Origin: Chlorokybus atmophyticus
Lineage: Eukaryota; Plantae; Mesostigma and Chlorokybus algae
Assembly: GCA_009103225.1 (NCBI GenBank)
Contig: RHPI01000810.1
Coordinates: 1,232,391 to 1,254,739 of the forward strand
Length of the DNA: 22,349 nt
Direction: 5' to 3'
Shown here: positions 11,196 through 21,347 of the stretch, piece after piece
Numbering within the stretch: position 1 is the stretch's first letter
How the letters are laid out: each line of letters begins with the position of its first letter
Notes under the pieces: generated by a model
What the model was told of the DNA's origin: nothing
Database searches by the model: none
What the model saw: the letters and a program-made list of their open reading frames with translations, nothing else
Made by a program: the position numbers and the translations under genes

Positions 11196-11235
11196 CTGAT
11201 ATCGACATGAGACATGAGTCTCATGTCGATATCAG
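11196..11235. repeat. Perfect inverted repeat with 18-bp arms and 4-nt loop
   Basis: CTGATATCGACATGAGAC-ATGA-GTCTCATGTCGATATCAG. Confidence 0.97.
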
Positions 11236-11381
11236 TGTTACAGTTAAGTAACACTACATTAGGGCCTTAACACTAGGTTAACGGCCCTAATACGGCTTAA
11301 TTGGCTGTATATACCCGTTGGGACCCTTATTTGATCCTAAATAAGGGCGGGGAACCTCTATAGAGGTAGCACTCCGTTACA
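11236..11381 (-). repeat. Putative short 3' LTR of the older element (146 bp)
   Basis: Begins TGTAAC right after the PPT, ends TGTAACA, contains TATATA at 11308-11313. Partner LTR not in window, so the left boundary is unconfirmed. Confidence 0.6.
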
Positions 11382-11390
11382 TTCCCCCCC
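11382..11390 (-). other. Polypurine tract of the older element (GGGGGGGAA)
   Basis: Purine run directly before TGTAACGG, about 115 nt after the pol stop. Confidence 0.8.
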
Positions 11391-11504
11391 ACTTAGGTTT
11401 CAATGTCCTCATTGAAGGGTTAGCAAAGCCCCACCCTGAGCACCGAGAACCAAAGCAGTGAGAGAACCAGGGCCGAAGCGGTAAAGATGTCTGCCAGCAC
11501 CCTT

Positions 11505-13841
<2,337 letters not shown>

Positions 13842-14513
13842 TGTGACGGTGCTCGTGCCTTGTTACCGGTGAGTTGGTCCAATCCACAACCCTCTCACCA
13901 AGACACGGTATTCACACCGGAACCTTGCCCCCTCTGCCAAGCACACACGCGCGCCCCGCCACTCGCGTACGCACGCGCATGCGCTCGAAGCTACACACCG
14001 ACTTGTGTAGCGCCTTGGATCGTCACACAAGCAAGCACACACCGGTGGGCACACGCTAGCAACCCCTGCTAACCACCACCAAGCTTGCACACAAGAAACT
14101 AGGGAGCTAAAGGTTGTATTGCAAGTTGTAGAATGTCACTTTTATACCTACCAGTCTGCACATGCTACTGTCTAGACGATTCTAGCGCTAGACGGAACTA
14201 GAAGCTAAGTTATTCTTGCAGAATCTTGTAGTACACTTCTAGACCTTTCCAACGCACCAAAGATCTCCTATTTTGCTGCTCATATGGTCAAGTTATACTA
14301 CTTGGCGCCAGGCCCTTCCAGAAATCTGGTCGAGCCCTTCTCGACTGGCCCTCCGTTTTCTGGCACCTTCCGGACTGGTCTTGGGGCCCCGGTCGATATC
14401 CGCGGCAGACTCATAACTCGCCGATATCCGCCACAAGTCATTAAAAACATGTACCTTACAAATAAGGCCTAAAACGGCCATGAAAATCACAGAATTTGGC
14501 CTTGACTGTTACA
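13842..14513 (-). repeat. 3' LTR of the young chromovirus (672 bp)
   Basis: Direct repeat of 19219-19889, immediately preceded on the minus strand by the polypurine tract. Confidence 0.97.
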
Positions 14514-17500
14514 CTCCTCCCCCCCCAGGTGAGCTTCGTCCTCGAAGCTCGCGAGGGTGTCGTCGAGCAAGATAGGCACGCACAACGTCTTGAGCATTAG
14601 TCAAGTGTGCCTCTGGCTCCCAGGATGCTTCATGCAACGGATAGCCCTTCCATTTCACTAAGAACTTGCGTACGCCATGCACAAACTTCTCACCAAGGAT
14701 GTCTTCTACCTCCCACTCGGGTTCACCGTCTGTGCCAACTTCGGGGGGTGGCCTTTCTGGCGGTTGTCCTCGATATGCTTTCAGAAGGGAGACGTGAAAA
14801 ACGGGGTGCACACGCATGGTGTCGGGTAGCTCCAACTTGTACGCCACGTCCGAGATAACTTTGCTGACCTTAAATGGTCCCAACCAGCGTTCATTCAGCT
14901 TGCGAACTCCCGTACGCACCTGGACGTGCTTCACGGAGAGTAACAGAATGTCGCCTTCCTGAAACGTGAGATGTCGGCGATGCGCGTCCGCGTACTGCTT
15001 CTGCCGATTTTGTGCCACCAATAACGCATCCCTAGCTGCCTTGTTAATGTCCGCGCACTTTGTAAGGAAATCATTAGCTGCCTCCACACGCACGTCATGT
15101 CGTCGCGGTGTCCATGCCGTCAACGGTGTCAATGGATGTTGCCCGTAGTTCATAAGGAAGGGAGTGACACCTGTGCTTGCATTGTGGTGGTTGTTGATCG
15201 CAAACTCAACCAACTCAAGCAGCTCCTCCCAATTGTCTTGTCGCGCGTTAACGTAGCAACGCAGCATGTCCTCGATCACACGGTTGGCCCGCTCCGTTTG
15301 CCCATCAGTTTGCGGGTGGAATGCCGTGCTAAACTTCAGTGTGGTACCCAGTGCACTATGCAGCGCCTCCCAAAACTTACTTGTAAAGCGCGGGTCGCGA
15401 TCACTCACAATGCTTCGTGGTAATCCATGAGAACGAAATACATGCTTCACGAACAAGCGTGCTGCCTCCGGTGCCGTGCAAGACTCACTACACGGTGCCA
15501 AGCGTACCATTTTGCTGGTTTCATCGACGAACACAAGTATAGCGTCGTACCCTTCTTTTGTCTTTGGTAGCCCCGTGATAAAGTCCATGGTAACTTGCTC
15601 CCACTTGGACAATGGCACAGGGAGAGGTTGCAGCAACCCACCTGGCTTTTGGTTGCTTGCCTTCACCCTTTGGCATGCGTCGCACAACGCCACGTAGTCG
15701 CGCACATCGCGATGCATCTCTCGCCAGTAAAAACGCTGTTTTAAGCTTGCCAAAGTCCTTTCCAACCCTTGGTGACCAGCAATGGGCACGTCATGAGCTT
15801 CCTTCAGCAACTTCACACGGATATGCGCGACGTTGGGGATGTACAAGCGCCCATGGTGCCACAGCAGCCCGTCGCGCATTGACCAGTGCCCACTTGTGTC
15901 CGTAGCTGTATTTTTCAGCTCTTGCAACACTTTCATACCCTCCGTGTCTTCACGAAGCACTTGCCGAATCTGGTCGGTCCACTCGGGCTGCACTTGAGCG
16001 AGTGCCTCAATTGCATTAAGCCGGCTCAGCGCGTCAGCAACACCATTTGACGTACCGGGCTTGTACTTGATATCGAAGTTAAAAAGTTGAAAGAACTCAA
16101 GCCATCGAGCTTGTCTGCGACTCAGATGAGGTTGTGTTTGTAAGTACCTCAGTGGAGAGTGATCCGTCTCAAGCACGAACTTTTTGCCTTCTAAGAAACA
16201 ACGCCATTGTCGTAGCGCCATGACTTGCGCTAAAAGTTCCTTCTCGTGCACGGGGTAATTCAACTCCGCACCACTCATCTTCTTGCTGAAGAATGCTACT
16301 GGTTGAAGGCCGTTGCCATGGTCTTGCTGCAAAACAGCTCCTACGGCTGTGTCGGACGCGTCGCAAGCCAAAATAAATGTCTTTTCCATGTTGGGGTGAG
16401 CCAGGACTGGTGCCTCCGTCAGCGCCTTCTTCAACGCAGCAAATGCATGTTCCTCTGTTGCTGACCAGCTCCAATGCTTTCCCTTCTTGAGTAGGGTAGT
16501 CAAGGGAGCAGCTATGCGCGAAAACCCCATGATAAACTTGCGATAATACCCCGCAAGGCCTAAAAAGGACATCACCTCCTTTACATTGGTCGGGGCAGCC
16601 CACTCGCGCACCACCTGCACTTTGTTGGGGTCCGGCTTGATGCCTTCATGCGACACAATGTGGCCTAGGTACTCCACCTCTCGAAGCAAGAATTTGCACT
16701 TCTGTAGCTGGGCGTACAACTTGTGTTCGCGCAAACGCTGCAACACGCGCCGTAGAAGTGCCACGTGCTCCTCCTTTGTTGTCGCGTACACCAAAATGTC
16801 GTCGAGGTACACGAGGACTCCCTTACCAATCAAGTCAGCAAAAACGCTGTTCATAAGCGTTTGAAATGTTGCCGGTGCGTTCGTAAGTCCGAAGGACATG
16901 ACCAACCACTCGTAGTGCCCATAACGTGTGTTAAAAGCTGTTTTCTCCACATCCTCGGGCGCGATGCGAATTTGGTGATAACCTCCAGCAAAATCAAGTG
17001 TTGTGAAGTACTGCGCACCTTGCAATTGCTCCAGCAACTCGTTGATACGTGGGAGTGGAAAGCAATTCCTCTTCGTGATGTTGATGAGAGCTCGGTAGTC
17101 GACGCACATGCGCAAGCTCCCGTTCTTCTTTCGTACAAACAAAATAAGTGCACGATAGGGGGACTTACTAGGCCTGATGTAGCCTCTTTTCAGCAAGTCC
17201 GCCACCTGCCTCTCGGCCTCTTCCAGTTCCAAAGGTGACAACTTGTATACGGGTCGATACGGTGGCTTGTGCACGCCCTCAATCAGCTCCACACGGTGGT
17301 CTACGCTCCGTGGAGGTGGTAGACCAGATGGAAGTCCGTCCACCATGATATCTTGATATTCTTTAACAAGTTTACACACCTCGGGGTCCATAGTAGCCGT
17401 CTGAACATCGTCACTCAGCTCCGGTGCTGACTTTGCAGTGTTTTCGCGCACCACGCACAACCATGCAGCCTTTGCCTTCCGTGGAGACAATAACTTCCTC

Positions 17501-18117
17501 AATTGCACATGAGAGATCTGGGCAATTGTCGTACCACCTAATTGTGCGTGCCGCGCCTCGATGATGTCCGATGCAGCTTGAATGGACTCTCCACCGTTTC
17601 GCTCGATGGTGAGCACGCGCTTCCTCCAATTGATGGCTGGATTATGTTGCCATAGCCACGGTAGTCCCAAAATCCCATCAAACCCGTTCCGTAGGGTGAT
17701 GCAGCAAAATCGCATGCTCTCCTTCATCTTCCCAATGCGAACGCACAACTCTTTGGTCATAAACGCAGCGCCATCACCTCCAGAGGGTGGCTCTCCATCA
17801 GCGAGCTTCACTTCACCTCCTCGTAATGACGAAAGCCAACCGTAACGCCGCGCGATATCAATACTCATGAAGTTGCTGTTGGCACCGCTATCAATCATGA
17901 GCTTACACTCTCTCCATCGTCCTTGGTCATCGCAAATGTGTGCTCGAAGCCCGAAGTACTTTGTTGTCTCCTCGTTTGCATAACTCACCACCATTGGCGC
18001 GTTCAAAGCCATCTCTTCTTGCTTCTTTAATGGAAATGTCACAGCATCCGTCCGTGCATGAGGCTCCTTCCTATCCCCAGCAGTAGCCTCCTCACCTACT
18101 GGGGGAAGTCGTTTTCC
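14509..18117 (-). CDS. pol: Pol polyprotein (protease, RT, RNase H, integrase, chromodomain) in the -1 frame relative to gag; frame open from 18156
   Basis: LMIDSGANSNF (PR); CVDYRAL, GYHQ, FGLTNAP, YLDD (RT); DASD, EKELLA, TDH, ADALSR (RH); H..H..C..C, MDF, SDRD, GQTER (INT); GPF; WEVEDIL..FLVKWKGY...SWEP (chromodomain). No internal stop over 1177+ codons. Start coordinate given is the predicted slip site. Confidence 0.97.
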   Translation of the reverse strand, partial: GKRLPPVGEEATAGDRKEPHARTDAVTFPLKKQEEMALNAPMVVSYANEETTKYFGLRAHICDDQGRWRECKLMIDSGANSNFMSIDIARRYGWLSSLRGGEVKLADGEPPSGGDGAAFMTKELCVRIGKMKESMRFCCITLRNGFDGILGLPWLWQHNPAINWRKRVLTIERNGGESIQAASDIIEARHAQLGGTTIAQISHVQLRKLLSPRKAKAAWLCVVRENTAKSAPELSDDVQTATMDPEVCKLVKEYQDIMVDGLPSGLPPPRSVDHRVELIEGVHKPPYRPVYKLSPLELEEAERQVADLLKRGYIRPSKSPYRALILFVRKKNGSLRMCVDYRALINITKRNCFPLPRINELLEQLQGAQYFTTLDFAGGYHQIRIAPEDVEKTAFNTRYGHYEWLVMSFGLTNAPATFQTLMNSVFADLIGKGVLVYLDDILVYATTKEEHVALLRRVLQRLREHKLYAQLQKCKFLLREVEYLGHIVSHEGIKPDPNKVQVVREWAAPTNVKEVMSFLGLAGYYRKFIMGFSRIAAPLTTLLKKGKHWSWSATEEHAFAALKKALTEAPVLAHPNMEKTFILACDASDTAVGAVLQQDHGNGLQPVAFFSKKMSGAELNYPVHEKELLAQVMALRQWRCFLEGKKFVLETDHSPLRYLQTQPHLSRRQARWLEFFQLFNFDIKYKPGTSNGVADALSRLNAIEALAQVQPEWTDQIRQVLREDTEGMKVLQELKNTATDTSGHWSMRDGLLWHHGRLYIPNVAHIRVKLLKEAHDVPIAGHQGLERTLASLKQRFYWREMHRDVRDYVALCDACQRVKASNQKPGGLLQPLPVPLSKWEQVTMDFITGLPKTKEGYDAILVFVDETSKMVRLAPCSESCTAPEAARLFVKHVFRSHGLPRSIVSDRDPRFTSKFWEALHSALGTTLKFSTAFHPQTDGQTERANRVIEDMLRCYVNARQDNWEELLELVEFAINNHHNASTGVTPFLMNYGQHPLTPLTAWTPRRHDVRVEAANDFLTKCADINKAARDALLVAQNRQKQYADAHRRHLTFQEGDILLLSVKHVQVRTGVRKLNERWLGPFKVSKVISDVAYKLELPDTMRVHPVFHVSLLKAYRGQPPERPPPEVGTDGEPEWEVEDILGEKFVHGVRKFLVKWKGYPLHEASWEPEAHLTNAQDVVRAYLARRHPRELRGRSSPGGGGV
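14514..14526 (-). other. Polypurine tract GGGGGGGGAGGAG
   Basis: Pure purine run directly abutting the TGTAAC start of the 3' LTR. Confidence 0.93.
18060..18117 (-). promoter_or_regulatory. Predicted -1 ribosomal frameshift signal: G_GAA_AAC, 6-nt spacer, H-type pseudoknot
   Basis: Heptamer 18117-18111 is in the gag frame within the 61-nt gag/pol overlap. Stem 1 is CCCCAG (18104-18099) with CTGGGG (18080-18075); stem 2 is GAGGCT (18090-18085) with AGCCTC (18065-18060). Confidence 0.72.
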
Positions 18118-19124
18118 TGCTCCACGCCATTTTGCTCCATGGTGTTGACGCGACGATCACGGCGAGGGTTGCCATCCGGTGTTGGCCTTTGCGTGCTTCG
18201 TTTGGGGCATCCGTACGCCAAATGCTCCGTCGACCCACACGCATAACACTTGCGCACACCTTTACCTCTTTCACCACGTCCGCCGTGCTTCGCCTCACTT
18301 CCATGCGTGTGTATGGCACCCACCTCCATTGGTGCAGGCCCAGAGTCAGCTCCACCTCCATTGGCAAGTGCTGAACTTGGTTCTCCTCGTCTCCATGCAT
18401 GTTGAAAGCCTCCCCGGGGCTGATCACCATGCCTTTGCCTCCAGTCAGTGTTTCTTGTGGTGGACTTGAAGTACAACGCGTCGAGACGCTCCGCGATGCG
18501 TATAGCCTCCGCGAGTGTCTTCGGGTCCCGTAGCTCCACTTCTTTACGCCCCAAAGGTTTTAAACCACGTGTATACCTGTCCAACTGCTCCTCCTCGGTC
18601 ATATTGGGTATGGACATCACCAATCGCTGAAACGCGGCCGTGTACGCCATCACCGACCCCATTTGCACAAGGGCTGCAAGTTTGTCGCGTGCGGCCTTCA
18701 CGCTCTCAACGGGAACAAATTGATGCCTGACCTCCAGTGCCAACTCTTCCATGGTGGTCAATGGTAGCGCCAACCCGTTTGCAACACGCGTACATCGATG
18801 CCTCCACCACACAAGTGCTGCACCTTCAAGCAATGTCGCTGCAACCTCCACGTGCAGATGCGTGGGCACCTCCGTGAGCTTCAACCAAGACGATACTTGA
18901 AAAATCCATTCATCCACTGCATCTCCATCACGTTGACCCTTGAATGGCTTGGGCTTTGGCACCTTCACATGCACGCGCGAGCTTGATGCCATGGGAATTT
19001 GTACACGCGCCATCGCATGCTCATACGCCTCGCGTTGTGCTTGTGCCGCCGCTTGAGTGTGATGAAGCTCTTCCCTCAGTGCCAAGATGGCAGCTTGAAG
19101 CTCTTCCATGCGAGCATCCTCCAT
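18096..19124 (-). CDS. gag: Gag of the young chromovirus (about 342 aa from ATG 19124; the ORF track starts upstream at a GTG)
   Basis: N-terminal coiled-coil-like segment, KVPKPKPFKG..DEW capsid-type motif, CCHC zinc knuckle CYACGSTEHLAYGC, TAG stop. Confidence 0.95.
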   Translation of the reverse strand: MEDARMEELQAAILALREELHHTQAAAQAQREAYEHAMARVQIPMASSSRVHVKVPKPKPFKGQRDGDAVDEWIFQVSSWLKLTEVPTHLHVEVAATLLEGAALVWWRHRCTRVANGLALPLTTMEELALEVRHQFVPVESVKAARDKLAALVQMGSVMAYTAAFQRLVMSIPNMTEEEQLDRYTRGLKPLGRKEVELRDPKTLAEAIRIAERLDALYFKSTTRNTDWRQRHGDQPRGGFQHAWRRGEPSSALANGGGADSGPAPMEVGAIHTHGSEAKHGGRGERGKGVRKCYACGSTEHLAYGCPKRSTQRPTPDGNPRRDRRVNTMEQNGVEQENDFPQ

Positions 19125-19198
19125 CTCCACTAACACACTACACTCCGCTTCCGAATGAAAAGTGTAAACGCCCACACACTTCCTCTCTCACCTTCGTA

Positions 19199-19216
19199 AA
19201 CCGTGCTCCGATACCA
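19199..19216 (-). other. Primer-binding site, tRNA-iMet type (TGGTATCGGAGCACGGTT)
   Basis: Starts 2 nt after the 5' LTR with TGG (complement of the tRNA CCA end); one base differs from the common plant iMet PBS TGGTATCAGAGC. Confidence 0.88.
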
Positions 19217-19218
19217 GT

Positions 19219-19889
19219 TGTGACGGTGCTCGTGCCTTGTCACCTGTGAGTTGGTCCAATCCACAACCCTCTCACCAAGACACGGTATTCACACCGGAAC
19301 CTTGCCCCCTCTGCCAAGCACACACGCGCGCCCCGCCACTCGCGTACGCACGCGCATGCGCTCGAAGCTACACACCGACTTGTGTAGCGCCTTGGATCGT
19401 CACACAAGCAAGCACACACCGGTGGGCACACGCTAGCAACCCCTGCTAACCACCACCAAGCTTGCACACAAGAAACTAGGGAGCTAAAGGTTGTATTGCA
19501 AGTTGTAGAATGTCACTTTTATACCTACCAGTCTGCACATGCTACTGTCTAGACGATTCTAGCGCTAGACGGAACTAGAAGCTAAGATATTCTTGCAGAA
19601 TCTTGTAGTATACTTCTAGACCTTTCCAACGCACCAAAGATCTCCTAATTTGCTGCTCATATGGTCAAGTTATACTACTTGGCGCCAGGCCCTTCCAGAA
19701 ATCTGGTCGAGCCCTTCTCGACTGGCCTCCGTTTTCTGGCACCTTCCGGACTGGTCTTGGGGCCCCGGTCGATATCCGCGGCAGACTCATAACTCGCCGA
19801 TATCCGCCACAAGTCATTAAAAACATGTACCTTACAAATAAGGCCTAAAACGGCCATGAAAATCACAGAATTTGGCCTTGACTGTTACA
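19219..19889 (-). repeat. 5' LTR of the young chromovirus (671 bp)
   Basis: Minus strand reads TGTAACAG...CCGTCACA. Direct repeat of 13842-14513 with 5 substitutions and one 1-nt indel by manual alignment. Followed by the PBS. Confidence 0.97.
19517..19523 (-). promoter_or_regulatory. Candidate TATA box (TATAAAA) in the 5' LTR; copy at 14140-14146 in the 3' LTR
   Basis: GGTATAAAAG on the element sense strand near the LTR midpoint; position plausible but untested. Confidence 0.55.
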
Positions 19890-19894
19890 CTGCC
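19890..19894. repeat. Target-site duplication CTGCC, right copy
   Basis: CTGCC directly follows the LTR CA and matches 13837-13841. Confidence 0.95.
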
Positions 19895-21347
19895 GGCGCA
19901 TTAGTCAATCCAAAAGGTAACACTTTGTATTGATAATGGCCCGACGGTGTTCTGAATGCTGTTTTGTAAACATCAGAAGGATGAATCCGGATTTGATGAT
20001 ACCCACTTGTCAAGTCCAACGTATTAAAGTACGCATTTCCCGACAGTTTAACAAACACATCATCAATCCGGGGCAACGGGTATCGATTCTTTACCGTGAT
20101 CTTGTTCAAAGCACGGTAATCCACACACATGCGCAGCTTTCCATTCTCTTTTCATCACAAACAAGATGGGCGCGCCGAAGGGTGAAGAACTCGGTTCAAT
20201 CAATCCCTTTTCCAATAACTCTTTGATTTGAGTTTCCATTTCCCCCCTCTCTCGGGGGCTCAGCCTATATATAGGCCGAAACGGAGGCTCACTGTCAGGA
20301 ATGAGTGGTATTGTGTGTCCGACACCTCGATTAGGAGGTAAGCCTGGCAATTCATCTGAGAACACATTTTGATACTTCTCAATGATGTCTGCAACACCTT
20401 CTGTGTTTCTCGGCACAAAGTCGTCCGACGACGTTAAGTGTACCAGAAAAGCCGGTGTGTTTTTGCGCAACGCACGTTTCACTTGCAGTGCAGTGAGTAG
20501 CGCAGGGTCGGGCTGCTTGTGGTCCAAGCTATGTGACCCTTTCACAGACAATGTTACACGCTTACGACCTTTCTTTACCGTGCACAAACGTGCGCCAGTA
20601 TCCAATGTCATTTTGACATTTTCCTGCCATTCCTGTCCTAATACCACATCAACACCTGATATGTCGATGGATACCACTATGAAAGTAAGAGTGGCATGAT
20701 AATTACCAATCTTTACTTTCATTTTTATTTCCCCTTTCACTGGCAACGCACCCCCCNTTCACTGGCAACGCCCCCCCCGCACAGGCAGCTGAAACTGCTG
20801 AGGGTTTACACGCTATCTTGTTGCGCACAACCCATTGTTCCTCAACGAAGTTGTGTGTTGCACCAGTGTCAATCAGGAACGAACTGTTTACACCTTGCAT
20901 TGTGCCACTAAATGTCCACAACAGAGGTACCACCCGTCCTTGAAATGTAGCCAAGAGTCCGTGACTAATGCGAGGGTTGATCAATATGGCTGACAACCGT
21001 ACTGTCCTTGTTTCACGCTTGCTGAATTGCTTCAACACAGACCCTCCGCGAGTATGTTTTAACCATGGGCCATGATACTTTGGCACCATCACCACCATAC
21101 TCAAGGTTCTGTGCTTATTCTGCAACTCAGTCAATGCATGCAACACATCGGTAAGCATGTTGAACTCCACATGTACAAGCACACAAGCATTCTTTTCCAC
21201 TTTTTCAACATCAAAGAGTGGCAACTTGTCATGTGCTTGCCATGCATGTGTCATTACATGCACTTGAGACAGATCATCAAACCAGTTTGCTGCTTGCATC
21301 TCAAGCAACTGGCTATCAACCGCATCTACATCAGTCACGGCATAATC
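19890..21347 (-). pseudogene. pol: 5' part of the older pol: ~140-aa unknown region, aspartic protease, RT N-terminal half
   Basis: FLIDTGATHNF (PR), [49 protein letters not shown]. Frame breaks at about 20757 (duplication around an N) and about 20155 (one extra A). Confidence 0.93.

Larger units (their letters stand above)
8266..11235 (-). mobile_element. piggyBac-like DNA transposon, decayed; 5' terminus not seen (probably displaced by the LTR element)
   Basis: piggyBac-type transposase inside. Candidate 3' terminus TTAA|CACTAG at 8262-8271; no matching inverted terminus in the window. Boundaries are tentative. Confidence 0.7.
13842..19889 (-). mobile_element. Full-length young Ty3/Gypsy chromovirus LTR retrotransposon, nested inside the RT of an older chromovirus
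   Basis: Two near-identical LTRs (13842-14513, 19219-19889) with TG...CA ends; CTGCC duplicated at 13837-13841 and 19890-19894; PBS next to the 5' LTR; PPT next to the 3' LTR; gag then PR-RT-RH-INT-chromodomain order. Confidence 0.98.

Noticed and set aside
11244-11247. TTAA as the 5' terminus of the piggyBac
   Set aside because: Adjacent sequence does not match the candidate 3' terminus CACTAGCC and falls within the first hairpin of the putative LTR; kept only as an alternative.
20736-20778. 22-bp tandem duplication around the N at 20757 that shifts the pol frame
   Set aside because: Duplicate copies flank an ambiguous base, typical of a contig overlap or gap-closing artefact; removing one copy restores the frame. 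Needs raw reads.
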